A DNA stretch of 64,000 nt from Camelus dromedarius. Lineage: Eukaryota. The DNA is taken from positions 122,762,001 to 122,826,000 of the forward strand of contig NC_087436.1 of the NCBI RefSeq assembly GCF_036321535.1, read 5' to 3'. Of this stretch, positions 1-13,840 are shown piece by piece (position 1 is the stretch's first letter; each line of letters starts with the position of its first letter). The notes beneath the pieces were generated by a model that did no database searches, had not been told where the DNA came from, and saw only the letters and a list, made by a program, of their open reading frames with translations. The position numbers and the translations under genes were made by a program.

Positions 1-1057
<1,057 letters not shown>

Positions 1058-1067
1058 GAACTAGCCA

Positions 1068-2625
1068 ACTTTTTTTTGAGATATATTTGGCCTGCAACAT
1101 TTTGTGTAAGTTTAAGGTGTTCTGAGTATTGGTTTGATGCATTTGTATTGCAACATGGTTGCTGTTGTAGCATTAGCTAACACCACTATTGACCAGGTAA
1201 TTATCAATTCTTCCAGTGTTGGGAACAATTAAGATCTAGTCACTTAGCAAGTTTAATGTTTATAAGGCAGATTTATTGTCTGTAGTCGCTGAACTGTGTC
1301 TTAGGTCTCTGGGACTTATTCACCTACTATTTCCAGTGTGTTCCCTTAAAGAGCACCTCTCCATTCCCCTATCCTACAGCCCCAGGCAACTACCATTTTA
1401 CTCTCTGCATTTATGATTTTGTTTTTGTTTTTAGATTCCACGTAAAAGAGGTATCATACAGTATTTGTTTTTCTCTGGCTGACATCTCACTTAGCATAAT
1501 GCCTTCAAGGTCCATCCACATTGTTGCAAATGGCAGAATTTCCATTTCTGTCTCATGGCTGAACAGTATTCCATTGCATATACATACCAAATCTTTATCC
1601 ATTCATTCAGTGATGGGCACTTAGGTTGCTTCCACACCTTGGCTATTGTGAATAATGCTGCAGTGAATGTGGGAGTGCATACATCCCCTTGGTAACCTGT
1701 TTCCATTTCCTTTGGATATATACCCACAGTGGGATTGCTGGATCTTATGGTAGTTCTATTTCTAAATTATTGAGGACCTTCCATAATGTTCTTCACAGTG
1801 GCTGAACCAGTTTACATCCCACCAAGAGCGTACAAGTATTCCCTTTTCTCCACATCCTCACCAACACTTGTCATCTTTGTCTTTTCAGTAATTGCCATTC
1901 TAACAGGTGTGAGGTGATAGCTGATCGTGCTTTTGATTTGTGTTTCCACGATCACTTGTGATGCTGGGCATCTCTTCATGTATCTGTTGATCATTTGGAT
2001 GTCTTCTTTCAAAAAATGTCTAGTCTCTCTACCCATTTTTAAATATTTTTGCCCTGTTTTGTTATTGAGTTGTATTAGTTTTTCAAAATAGATTTGGGAT
2101 ATTAACCCCTTATCTGATACATAGTTTGCAAATATTTCCTCCCACCCCATAGGTTGCCTCTTCCTTTTGCTGATGGCTGCTTTGCTCTGCAGAAGCTCTG
2201 AGTTTGATGCAGTCCCACTTGCTGATTTTTTCCTTTGTTGCTTGTGGTTTTGGTGTCATAACCAAAAAATCATTGCCAAGACCAACATCAAGGAGCTTCT
2301 TTCCTACATTTTCTCCTAAGGGTTTTAGGGTTTCAGGTCTTATATTTAAGTCTGATGCATTTCAAGTTAACTTCTGTGAGTGGTCTCTGATCAGAGTTCA
2401 ATTTCATTTTCTGCATGTGTTTTTCTGGTTTCTCAGCACTGTTTGCTGAGGAAACTATTCTTTCCCTACTGGGTGTTCCTGGCTCCCTTATGAAATATTA
2501 GTTGAGTATATATGCAGGGGGTTGATTCTGGGCTCTCTGTTCTGGTCCATTGGTCTATGTGTCTATTTCTATGCCAGGACCATGTTTTTTTAATTACTAT
2601 AGCTTTGTGGTATAGCTTCAAATCA
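1068..2625 (-). mobile_element. LINE-1 3' portion (ORF2 C-terminus and 3'UTR)
   Basis: ORFs 1812-2150 (WEEIFANYVSDKGLIS...YHLTPVRMA), 1491-1727 and 1411-1602 are L1 ORF2 C-terminal fragments. Confidence 0.93.
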
Positions 2626-3864
2626 TGGCCAGCTCTCCATAGAAGGGTTTCTCCTCAGTTATGGAGAATTCTCTGTAAGAGGGTCTTTAGGCCTAATTTT
2701 TTGAGCACCCCCCCACCCCCAAATTCATTGGCCATAATAATTGGCAAAAAGCAGGGTGAGTGGGTGTGTATGAGAACACTCTGAAGTGCTGTTCAAGGTT
2801 CCTGAGTCCTAATAAGTGAACCCCAGATCAACACTCTGACAGAATTAGGGAGTTCTTATTTGGTTTGTTGTATAGACAGGTACACACAGAAAAACATCAC
2901 TGTTCAATAGGAACATTGAATAATTTATAAATTTGGCCTAGTTTCTTGAAGGGCCTGGGGAAAAAAACTGAGTGACATTTCTGTTGTTTCGGATTTTTTC
3001 TGATCTATGAGTTCAGACTGGTTCCTGCTTATAAAGTTTTATTGGTCTTGTTCCTTAGAACAGTGGAAGGAGCTACAGAATACTGAAACTAAAAGTGTTG
3101 GTATTCAAACGAATTCCCTCTACCTTCTGATTTAAAGCTATAGGTGACCCACGTTTTATATTAACTGTGACTTAAATATGTTATTAAAGTTCCTATGTTT
3201 CTAAGAGTATTTCAGTTACGACTTTTAGGTCAAACAACTATGAACACAGCCCACTCTAAGTGCATGTCAATCGTGAAGAAAAAGAGCAAAAGGAGAAATA
3301 GGCTATTTACAAACATCAATGTCGACTTAAACATCTCCCAGGTCCAACCTGGGATAAATGATTGATGCTTCCTACCACCTGCATGGGGTTCATGCTTTGC
3401 TATTTTTATGGGAGTATCACAGAAAGATATAGTAAGGACACTTCACACATGTAGCAGGTCACAATGCAGCCTTGTGTATTTAGGTGTGTGTGGAGTGTCG
3501 ATGTGTTAGTACAAGGGACGTACCCTTAATGGCAGGAAAAGCAACCTTCCTGTACACGGTCTCTCAGCTCCCGCCCTTCCATCGCCTCTCCTGCTGCTGC
3601 GGGCATCTGTCCACACGGCTGAGTTTCAAGGTGTATATGTTTACACTATGGAGATTGTTTTTCAGCACTTACAGAACATGTTTTACTTTTTAAGTGGTTA
3701 CAGATATTACATAACACATGCAACTTATTTGCTCAGGCAAATGCAGTTCTTCCAATCATTCTAAAATTTAATATACTTTTAAAAATTACTTTTTATTATT
3801 CTTCCTTTTTTATTATCACATCCATTTTATTTATTCATATTTTAATTTTTTATCTGTCATCATT

Positions 3865-4504
3865 TTTTTAAATTGAAGTATAGTCAGTTTAAAATGTTGT
3901 GTCAATTTCTGGTGTACATCATAATGTTTCAGTCATACATACACATACATACATTCCTGTTCATATTCTTTTTCATGATAGGTTACGAAAAGATATTGAC
4001 TATAGTTCTCTGTGCTATACAGAAGAAACTTCTTTTTTATCTATTTTATATATAGTAGTTAGTGTCTGCAAATCTCAAACTCTCAGTTTATCCCTTCGCA
4101 CCTCCTTTACCCCCTGGTAACCATAAGTTTGTTTTCTCTGTCTGTGAGTGTTTCTGTTTTGTACAAAGCAAGTTCATTTGTGTCTCTCTTTTTTTTTTTT
4201 TTGATTCCACATATAAGTGATATCATTTGGTATTTTTCTTTCTCTTTCTGACTTATTTCACTTAGAATGATGATCTCCAGGTCCATCTATGTTGCTGCAA
4301 ATGGCATTATTTTATCCATTTTATGGCTGAGTAGTATTCCATTGTATAAATACACCACAGCTTCTTTATCTAGCCATCTGTCAGTGGGCATTTAGGCTGC
4401 TTCCATGTCTTGGCTATTGTAAATAGTGCTGCTGTGAACACTGGGATGCATGTGTCTTTTCGAATTAGAGTTCCCTCCAGATGTATGCCCAGGAGTGGGA
4501 TTGC
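3865..4504 (-). mobile_element. 5'-truncated LINE-1 (younger subfamily, same 3'UTR as the copy at 9590-10470)
   Basis: PLLGIHLEGTLIRKDTC...FTIAKTWKQPKCP motif; T-rich tail at the left end. Confidence 0.88.
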
Positions 4505-4942
4505 AGCCCAAGTGTCCATCAGGGGATGATGGATAAGCAAAACATGGGGCAGCCACACAATGGAATATGACTCCGCCTTGAACAGGAAGGGAATTCTGAC
4601 ACCTGCTACCACGCAGATGAACCTTGAGGACATATGCTGAGTGAAATAAGCCAGATACCAAAGGACAAATTCTGTCTGATTCCACTTGTGTGAGGCCCCC
4701 AGATGAGTCAAATTCATAGGCAGAAAGGAGAGTGGTGGGAACCAGGGGCCGGGAGTGAGGAATTGGAGTTACTGATTAATGGGGACAGTTTCAGTTTCAC
4801 AAGATAAAGAGTCTGGATGGATGTGGTTTTGGGTGCACATTATGAATGTATTTAATCTCCCGAGCTGTGCACTTAAGAAATGGTTAAGAAGATATTTTTT
4901 TAAGAATGGTAAATTTTATGTATATTTTATCACAGTAAAAAA
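4505..4942 (+). mobile_element. Older LINE-1 (L1MB-like) 3' end
   Basis: gatgaaccttgaggacatatgctgagtgaaataagccaga ... ggtaaattttatgtatattttatcacag. Confidence 0.8.
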
Positions 4943-5929
4943 GCACATTTTAAACTAATTGAGGCAAATAAAGGCACAGCTAAGAATTGTCCCCCAACTC
5001 CACGACAGCACCACCTAAGGGAATGTGTGGTCTCAAGGCGGGAGCCTCGCCCTGGGGGCTGCATGAGCGCAGCTGGCCCTGGAATCAGCCAGAAGCAGCC
5101 GTGGTGGAGCCAGGATGCCAGTGATCACGCCCTCATTCAGACAATGGTCCGTTTTACCAGGCGGTGGGGCTGCAGAGAACCGCGTTTCCCATTATGGCTG
5201 CGCACTCCCATCACCCGGGGCACTTTCAGACACTTTCCAGTTCACCTTACAGTAAAGCGTGCACACCCTAACCGTGCACACGCGTGTGTGAACTCACGGA
5301 GCCACCTCTCTGGGCAGGATCGAGGACAACGCCTGCAGCCTGGAGGGCTCCCTGCCCTGCCCAGTCTGTGCCCCCAGGGGCTGCCCTCCTCCTGACCTTT
5401 TACCCCATACATCAGCTTCCTTAAGCTTCACTGAAGAAGAAGGCACCGTCCTGATTGGTCGTGTCTGCCCCATGTCGTGACAGACTTCCACCCGGGCTCT
5501 CTCCCTCTTCTGCCAGCTGAGTCCCATCGTGGGGGCTCACCCTCAGCACCTTAGGTGTCTGCAGCGAAGTGTGCCTCTGTGGGAGGACAGGGATGGGGTC
5601 ACTTACTGTCAGCTTGTCCTTGGTCATTCACACCCTTGCATCCTGGAAACACCTAGGGGCCGGCTGGTCCCCTCACCCTGTGGCTCCCGGCGGCACCACT
5701 GTGTGTGGCAGGGCCAGAGCTCTGGGGATGGGGGTGGGCCTGACCAAGCCCCAGAGCAAGATACACCTGAGCTCCAGGGCAGAGGAGCTCACGAGCACCC
5801 TGGGTGTGAGGGGTGGGGGTTAATTCCCACCACCTGCAAAGGGGGCGCTGGGGCGGGGGAGAACAGGGAGAGACAGGGAGAGTGGGCATCACGTGGAGGA
5901 GACTGGGAGCTCCTGGAAGCACCTCCCCC

Positions 5930-6590
5930 AGGACTCCAGCACTAACAAGCCCAGACGGTTCTCCCTCACTGGCTGGGTGTCTACAGTTCAGTTCTGCCAC
6001 TATCTCTGGGAGCTGTGCTGACCCCCAGTAGGGCTGAGGCCCCCAAGGCTGCCCAACTCCACTTGCCAGCTGCGCACGGAGTCCCAAGCTACCCGCACTT
6101 CTTCCCAGCCAACCACCAACAGTCCAGTGGTTCCCACGAGCCCTTCCTCTGGTTCCACAATTCTCTAGAATGATTCACAGATCTCAGGGAAATTTACATA
6201 CATTTACCTGTTTATGATAAAAGACACAACTCAGGAACAGGGCTGGTGGGGGTTGGTGGGGGCTTCCTTCCCCCCACTCTCGGCTATCACCTCCAGCAAC
6301 TCCTGTTCACCCACCCCGTGCTCTACAAATCTCATTACTCAAGACCTATAAACCGCCCCCCAGCCCCTGTCCTTTTCCCAGAGGTGGGGGGCTGAGGCTC
6401 CCACCCTCTGGCCACTGAGTCTTTCTGGTGGCCAGACCTGACACTATCCAGGGCCCCAGCAAATCACCTCACTGGCATAAACTCAGGTGAGCTCCAGAGG
6501 GGCTGGTGGTGAATAAAAGGCACGCCTATCATCCAAGAAATCCCAGGGTTTTAGGAACAAAGACAGATCTGTTTTCATCACAGCACAGCA
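5930..6590. mobile_element. Diverged LTR, MER21-like
   Basis: Motifs such as ttctctagaatgattcacagatctcagggaaa...ttatgataaaagacacaactcaggaacag resemble MER21 as recalled. Confidence 0.45.
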
Positions 6591-7041
6591 CCCAACAGCG
6601 GCCAGGTCCTCTCCATTCAAACTTCCAGAATCTTAGGCTCTAAAGTTTGTACTCATCAGCTATGCCAGGGGACGGGTTGAGGGTCACATGTGTGTTCCGG
6701 GACCCGCCTCCTGGGTGGGTCAGAAGGACCCAGAGAGGAGGGGCTGGAGGCCCCCTGACAGAGCACTGGGAGGATGTCCCCTGGCCCTGGCTCTGCGGAT
6801 GAGGGTGGAGGACTGTCACCGGGTGGGGGGCTGCCACTGGGAAGACCTGTCAGGACCCGGTGCCCTTCCTTCATCTCAATCACACAGCAGAGCAGTGGAG
6901 CACATTGCCCCACCAGGGCTCAGGGGCCTGTGCCCACTTCCATGCCCCAAACCGGAACCGCCTATGCTTATTTTGACCTGCATTTTGATCTCTCAGGAAG
7001 CGGCCAACACCTGCCAATCCTGCTTAAGAGACTGATTCTTG

Positions 7042-7310
7042 GGACTTTGAGATTCGCAAATGTTGACCATGATATATAAAAACAGATTAAAAAACAATTT
7101 TTTCTGTATAGCACAGGGAACTAGATTCAATATCTTGTAATAACCTTTAGTGAAAAAGAATATGAAAACGAATATATGTGTATATACATGCATGACTGGG
7201 ACATTATGATGTACATCAGAGACTGACACATTGTAACTGACTATACTTAAAGAAAAGATTTCCACCCAAATACTAATAATAAAATAAATTTTAAAATTAA
7301 AAAAATAAAT
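7042..7310 (+). mobile_element. Short L1 3'-tail insertion with TSD
   Basis: tatagcacagggaac...tatcttgtaataacc...; A-rich tail; TGATTCTTG flanks at 7033-7041 and 7311-7319. Confidence 0.85.
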
Positions 7311-7499
7311 TGATTCTTGAATAAAGCATGCACCTCACCCAGAGGGGTGAGATTTTACACACAGTTGGCTGGCTTATTGGTAAGAAAAGAATGCTGTTTG
7401 ATTTTCCCCTGAAATCATTCAGTGGGACAACCTAGAATTCGTTTCTAGGTTAACAGTAGCGATCGGCCCCACCCAAACCACGTAATTGTCATTTCCACA

Positions 7500-8150
7500 G
7501 CATCTGCCTGTAAACCCTCCCAAGCTGCTGCGGTGGGAGTCCGGAGGTGCTGCCTGGGCCTCGGGGGGCGCGGCCTGTGCTGGGCGTTCGAGGGAATTCC
7601 CGGCGGGCCGAGGGTGTGGACGTTCCTTCTCAAAGGGGCTAAGAGCCAGACAATGAAAAGGCTGGGACACAGCAGAGAGTTGAGGCCACTGTCGCGACAG
7701 AGGGGCAGCCCCGCGGGGACTCGCGAGCCCGGAGAGCTGCGGGGAGACGCCGGGCACCGTGCGCGCCGGTGTCGCACATCCCCAGGCCGAGGCCCCCGCG
7801 GGGCCGCGGCTGGAGCCGTGGGCGATTTGCCCGAAAACACCCGCCGCGCCCTGGTTTTGCTCTGGGAACGTTTGTTGGGAAGGAGAAGCGGAGATCAGGG
7901 CGGAGACGCCGCCAGGCGCCGCGGGAAGCTTTCTCTTACGGCCGCGGGAGCGGAGCGAGCCCGCCGCGTCCCGGGCTCTGCACGCGCGAGCCCCGCGGCT
8001 GAGCCGGACGCCCGCGGAGAGTCGCCGAAGCTGCGCGCGGCCTTGTGTAGCTTTGCCGGGAACGGCCACGCCGTCTACCTCCGCGCTTGTCGCTCCCCCC
8101 ACAGGGAGGGCCGCCCCGGCCCCAGCATTCTGCTTTTTCCCCGTCAGCCA
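7500..8150. promoter_or_regulatory. Orphan CpG island
   Basis: About 650 bp of CpG-dense sequence between AT-rich repeats; TCGCGA palindromes at 7689-7700 and 7720-7727; no recognisable exon. Confidence 0.75.
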
Positions 8151-9070
8151 GTTTAGTGCCCTTGGTTTAAATCCACGTTTTACCTGACTGGTGACGTTGG
8201 GCAGCTTTCCATGTGCTGACTGGTTATTCGCAGACGTACTTCTGTGAATTGTCTGTTAAAAGGATTTGCTTGTGCTGAAATTGTGTTGTCTTTTTATCAT
8301 TGAGTTGTAGTTCTTTGGGGTTTTGCCAGATACGTTTTGTGATATTCTCCACCTACTCTGCTTGAATTTTATTTACTGAATTTGCCTTTCAATGAGCAGA
8401 TGATGTTAATTTAAATGAAGTCTTATTAACCCATTTTTTCTTTCATGGACCATGGTTTTGGCTTCTTATCTAGAAATCGTTGACTACTTGAGAGAGAAAA
8501 TGCTCTCCCTCCTGAAGTTCAATAACTGTAGTTTTTACATCAAGGCCTATGTTCCACCTTGAATTAATTTTGCCGCTGCAGCCAAGGCTCCCTTCTGTCC
8601 AGATACCCAGTGGCTGCAACACTGTGTTTTAAAACGTTTTCCTTTCACCATCGAATTGCGTTGGTAGCTTCGTGTAAAATCAATTGATGGCTTTTGTGTT
8701 GGTCAGTTTGGGACTCTTTATTGTGCTTCATTGATCTGTTCTGTCCCTGCACCAAACCCTGCTGTCCAAATTTCTGTAGCTTTATAACAAAAAGTCCTGA
8801 AATCACAGAGTGTAGGCCTTCTGACTTGCCTCCTTCTCCCTTTAAGATTGTGTTGACTATTTTAGATTCCCTTCATTTCCAACTCCATTTTAGAATCAGT
8901 CTGTCAGTGTCTAAAAAAAAGTCCTGCTGGGGTTCTGACTTAGATTGCACTGAATTTATAGATCAGTTTAGGGGGTGATTGACATCTTAATGATATTGAG
9001 TCTTCTAATCCATGAATATGGTATAACTTTCCCAATATTCAGGTCTTCTTTAATTTCTCTCAAAAGTTTT
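8150..9070 (-). mobile_element. Ancient LINE-1 (L1M) ORF2 fragment
   Basis: ttttagaatcagtctgtcag...ttgcactgaatttatagatcagttt...ttgacatcttaatgatattgagtcttctaatccatgaa. Confidence 0.8.
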
Positions 9071-9589
9071 GTGGGTGCTGTAGGCTGAATGTTTGTGTCC
9101 TCCACCAGATTCATAGATTGAAAGAAGCTTCTTTCTCCCAGGTGCTAAGGTCCCTTGACTCTCCAGGTGACCCCTGGGACAGGACCTAAAAGCAGCCCCT
9201 GTCCACTCTCCACCAAGGCCTGGCCCATGTCCTCTGCCCTCAGCCTGAGTAGCTCTGGAGAGCAGTCACTGCCAACCTGGTTTCCTCTCGGTTCTCTGCC
9301 ATCAGAGCTGCCGGTGGCCACTTCTCAGGGCCTCGGGCTCTCTTGGGATCGTGGGCTGGCAGAGGGGGCGGGGAGATGCACAGGCAGGAGGGAGGCCAAG
9401 TCCCAAGGCCGGCTGAGCATGGCTGTCTCCAAAAATCTCCTAACTCGCACTCCTGCCTCGTGTAGTAGCCACGTCAGGGCCACGGAACATTGCCCCAGCA
9501 TCCTTCATGTGGCCTTCTTGTGGGATCACTCCTCCCGTGGGAGGGTGGCCTTACTGACCCCACCCAGGTGGAGACTCAAAGAGCCCCTT

Positions 9590-10470
9590 GCAGGTGGTGG
9601 AGCAAAGGAAACCCTCCTACACTGTGGTGGGAATGTATATTGAGGACAGTATGGAGATTCCTTAAAAAACTAAAAATAGACTTACCATATGACCCAGCAA
9701 TCCCACTTCTGGGTATATATCTGGAGGAAACTCTAATTCAAAAAGATACATGCGTGAGGGGAAGGTATAGCTCAGTGGTGGAGTGTGTGCTTAGCATGCG
9801 CGAGGCACTGGGTTCAATCCCCCGCACCTGCGTTAAAAAAAAAAAAAAACCTAAATAAATAAATAAACCCAATTACTGCCCCCACACACGCCAAAAAGAT
9901 ACATGCACCCCAGTGTTCATAGAAGCACTATTTACAGTAGTCAAGACATGGAAGCAACCTCAATGTCCACTGACAGATGACTGGATAAGGAAGATGTGGT
10001 ATATTTGTAGAATGGAATACTACTCAGCCATAAAGAAGAATGAAATAATGCCTTTTGCAGCAACATGGATGGACCTGTAGATTATTGTACTAAGTGAAGT
10101 AAGTCAAACAGAGGACAAATATCATATGATGTCACTTACATGTGGACTCTGAAAAAGTAACACAAATGAGCTCATTTACAAAACAGAGACAGACTTACAG
10201 ACATAGAAAACAAACTTATGGTCACCAAAGGGGAAAGGGGGGAAGGAATAAATTAGGAGTTTAGGATTAGCAGATACACACAACTATATATATAAAATAG
10301 ATAAATAATAAGGCCCTACTGTACAGCACAGGGAACTATATTCAATATCTTGTAATAACTTGTAATGGAAAAGAAAGAGTATATATACAGCATAACTGAG
10401 TCACATTGCTGCACACTAGAAACCAACACAACATCATAAACCAACTATATTTCAATAAAAAAAATTTTTT
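9590..10470 (+). mobile_element. 5'-truncated LINE-1 interrupted by a SINE
   Basis: [24 protein letters not shown] motif; 3'UTR and aataaaaaaa tail near 10455. Confidence 0.92.
9754..9891 (+). mobile_element. tRNA-derived SINE (camelid Vic-1 type)
   Basis: ggggaaggtatagctcagtggtggagtg (A box)...gggttcaatcccc (B box); A/AAAT tail; 15-bp TSD CAAAAAGATACATGC at 9739-9753 and 9892-9906. Confidence 0.92.
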
Positions 10471-10585
10471 TTAAGCAACATCATCAAAAAGAAAGGAAGA
10501 AAGAACCTGTCATAAGCACTCTGTCTCAGCAGCTGGCTTTCTAGGATGGGGACCTGCTTAATCTCCCACTAGAACAGAGAAGAGC

Positions 10586-10972
10586 ACTGTTTCTCGTGGA
10601 AACCCCTGGTGGTCCACAGTTTCTCAGAGAACCCCATCGCAGTCCACGGTTTCTCAGGGAACCCCTGGCGGTCCACAGTTTCTTGCGGAACCCCCAGCGG
10701 TCCACAGTTTCTCAGGGAACGCTTGGTGGTCCACGGTTTCTCAGAGAACCCCATCGCGGTCCATGGTTTCTCAGGGAACCCCCTGGCAGTCCACTGTTTC
10801 TCAGGGAAACCCCTGGCAGTCAAAGGTTTCTCAGGGAACCCCTGGCGGTCCACGGTTTCTCGCAGAACCCCCGGCAGTCCACAGTTTCCCAGGGAACCCC
10901 CGGCGGTCCACGGTTTCTCAGGGAAGCCCCCGGCGGTCCACGGTTTCTCGCGGAACCCCCTCGTGGTCCATG
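10586..10972. repeat. Minisatellite, 13 copies of a ~29-30 bp unit (GGTCCACGGTTTCTCAGGGAACCCCCTGGC)
   Basis: Thirteen TTTC(T/C)NNNNGAA cores counted directly; explains the repetitive ORFs at 10569-11077. Confidence 0.95.
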
Positions 10973-11189
10973 TCTACTGTGTGACGTCCTTTCAGTCTGA
11001 ATATTTATTGTTCTCTTGTTTTTCATTAAAAAAAAGCCAGACCTGCCAGAAGTTTGTGGATTCTTTTTAAAGAACAAACTATTTTAATTGGCTAAGTTAT
11101 ACAAATCTGCTGCTCTTCAAGATCAAAAATGGAAAAATATCAACAATTTTAGGATAGCCCAAACTAATGTCACTTTTACTTTAAAAAAT

Positions 11190-12320
11190 ACTTAATTTTT
11201 TTAGAGCAGCTTTAGGTTCACAGCAAAATTGAAAGGTACAGAGATTTCCATGTCATTCCTCCCCCAGCGTCTCCCCACCGTCCACATCCTGCCCCAGAGG
11301 GTACATGTGCTACAACTGGTGAACCTCCACTGACATGTCATTGTCACCCCAGGGTTACATCAGGGTTCATTCTTGGTGTTGTACGTTCTGTGGGTTTGTA
11401 CAAATGTATAATCACAGGTGTCCACCTGTATAGTGTCACACAGAGTGAGTTCACTGCCCTCAAAGTCCCCGGTGCTCCACCTGTTCACTCCTCCCCCCCA
11501 ACCCCGATCCTTTTACTGTCTCCGTAGTTTTGCCTTTCCGGAATGTCACAGAGTTGGAACCCTGCAGTCTGCAGCCTTTTCAGATTGGCCTCTTTCACTT
11601 AGGAATATGCATTTAAGTTTCCTCCATGTCTTTCCACAGCTTGATAGCTCATTTCCCTTTAGTGCTGAATAACATTCCACTGTCCAGAGGGACCACAGTT
11701 TATTTATCCATCACCTTCTGAAGGGCATCTTGGCTGCTTCCAGGTTCTGGCAACTCTGAATAAAACTCTGAATAAAAATGTAAACATCTGTGTGCAGATT
11801 TTTGTGTGGACATAAGTTTCAACTCCTTTGCACAAATACCAAGAAGCACACAGTATTGCTGGCTCGTATGGTAAGAGTATGTTTTAGTTTCATAAGAAAT
11901 CACCAAACTGCCTTCCAAAGTAGCTGCACCATCTCACATCCCCACCCGCAGTGATGACAGTCCCTGCGGCTCCACGTCCTCACCAGCACCTGGTGTTGTC
12001 AGTGTCTGGATTTTAGCTGTTCTGACAGGTGTGGAGGAGTATCTTGTGTTAATTTGCATTTTCTGATGACATATAATGTGGAGCATTTTTCATGTGCCTA
12101 TTTGCCGTGTGAATATCTTCCTTGGTGAGGTGTCTGTTAAAGTCCTTGGCCCATTTTTTAATTGAGTTGTTTTTCCTATTGTTGAGTTTTAAGAGTTATT
12201 TCCATATGTTAGATAACAGTCATTTATCAGATACACAATTTGCAAATATTTCCTCCCAGTCTGTAGCTTGTCTTTTCATTCTCTTGAGAGTGTCTTTGAA
12301 AGAAAAGAAATTTTTAATTT
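11190..12320 (-). mobile_element. Old LINE-1 (L1MB/MC-like) 3' region; resumes after 13148
   Basis: tttttagagcagctttaggttcacagcaaaattga...gttgagttttaagagtt...tttgcaaatatttcctcccagtctgt. Confidence 0.85.
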
Positions 12321-13145
12321 TCAAAAAAGCAATCTGATTAAAAAATGGGCAGTGAAACTGGACAGACTCTTTCTTTTTTCCATCATTTTTTATTTGTTTT
12401 TTGGGGGGGAGATAATTAGATTTATTTATTTATTCATTTAATGGAGGTACAGGGGAGGATGGAATCCAGGACCTTGCATATGCTAAGCACATGCTCTACC
12501 ACTGAGCTGTACCCTCCCTGCCAAACAGACATTTTTCCAAACGATAAATACAGATGGCCAACATGAAGGTGCATGCAAAGGTGCTCACCAGCACTAATCA
12601 TCCGGGAAATGCAAATCAAAACCACAGTGAGATATTGGCATCCCGTGCACTGTTGATGGGAATGTAAATTGGTGCAGCCACTGTGGAAAACAGTATGGAG
12701 GTTTCTCAAAAAATGAAAAACAGAGCTACCATATGATCCAGCAATTCCACTTCCAGGTATTTATCTGAAGAAAATTAAAACACAAATTTGAAAAGATATA
12801 TGCACCCCTAAGTTCATGGCAGCATTATTTACTATTGCCAAGATATGGAAACAACCTAAGTGCCTATCAAGATAAATGGACAGAGAAGATGTGACACACA
12901 ACCCCCACAGAAATATTACTCAGCCATGAAAAAGGAAATCCTGCCATTTGCAACAACGTAGGTGGAACTTGAGGGCATTAGGCTAAGGGAAATAAGTCAG
13001 ACAGAGAAAGAATAATACTGTGTGATCTCATTTACGTGTGGAATCTAAAACACTGAACTCATAGAAACAGAAGAGATTGGTGGTTGCCAGAGGTAGGGGG
13101 TGGAGGTGGGGGAAATAGGTGAAAATGGCCAAAAGGAAAAAAGAG
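12321..13145 (+). mobile_element. LINE-1 fragment inserted in opposite orientation into the older L1
   Basis: aatctgattaaaaaatgggca...gaaatgcaaatcaaaaccacagtgag...ccatatgatccagcaattccacttc. Confidence 0.85.
12370..12520 (-). mobile_element. tRNA-derived SINE (camelid Vic-1 type)
   Basis: Reverse complement reads gggagggtacagctcagtggtagagcatgtgcttagcatatgcaaggtcctggattcc..., followed by (taaa)n; homologous to 9754-9891. Confidence 0.88.
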
Positions 13146-13468
13146 CGTAATTTTAATGAAGTCCAGCCACTGATTCTTTCCTTCATGGACCCTGGTGTCC
13201 TTTGCCCCAGGGGACACACGTTTTAGGCTCATCCTGCAGCCCCGCCCCACAGGTTCCTGGAGAGACATGGATGAGCGTGCAGACTGTGATGCCACCTACC
13301 ACGGAGATAAATCCAACACAGCCGCCTGCATGAAAGGGACATCCAAACGGAGGAGTGGTGTTCAAAACTTGAAAAAAATACAGTAGAGATACAGATATTG
13401 GCCCCAAAAAACTATCTGAGATACATTACAACGTGGAAAAAAGGGTGCTTGACAATCTGCCTAGAACG

Positions 13469-13840
13469 TGTAGTGGGCTGAACGGTGTCTCCAGAAGGAT
13501 GTGCCCAACACTGTCCCCTGCCCATGAATGTGGGTTTATTTGGAAATAGGGCCTTGGCAGATGGAATTGAGTTAAGGGTCTTGGGAGGAGAGCATCCTGG
13601 ATTAGGGTGGCCCTGACCTCATGACAAGGGTCCTTTGAAGAGAAAGATGAGAGGTGAGACCCAAGGAGGGAGGGGCCGTGTGACGTCGGCGGCAGAGACA
13701 CTGCAGATTCTCCCTCAGCTCCACAAGCCCGATGACACCTCGATTTTGCGCTTCTGGCCTCCAGAATGCTGAGAATACATTTCTGCTGCTTTAAGCCACC
13801 AGTTTTATGATGACTTCTCACAACCACCCTAGGAAAGTGT
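13469..13840 (+). mobile_element. MaLR LTR (MLT1-type)
   Basis: tgtagtgggctgaacggtgtc...tttggaaatagggcc...cttctggcctccagaatgctgagaatacatttctgctgctttaagccaccag. Confidence 0.85.

Noticed and set aside
7429..7451. 9-bp hairpin AACCTAGAA-ttcgt-TTCTAGGTT
   Set aside because: Too short to distinguish from chance in 64 kb, with no RNA-gene context.
7419..8187. ORFs of 130-227 aa in the orphan CpG island, possibly MAEA exon 1
   Set aside because: Low complexity, no recognisable domain, and the MAEA N-terminal sequence is absent on both strands.
9754..9835. tRNA-like sequence with A and B boxes
   Set aside because: The polyA tail, TSD and second diverged copy identify it as a SINE, not a tRNA gene.
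10569..11077. Repeat-protein-like ORFs and a CRISPR-like appearance
   Set aside because: Head-to-tail minisatellite with no unique spacers, frames shifting between 29- and 30-bp units, eukaryotic context.
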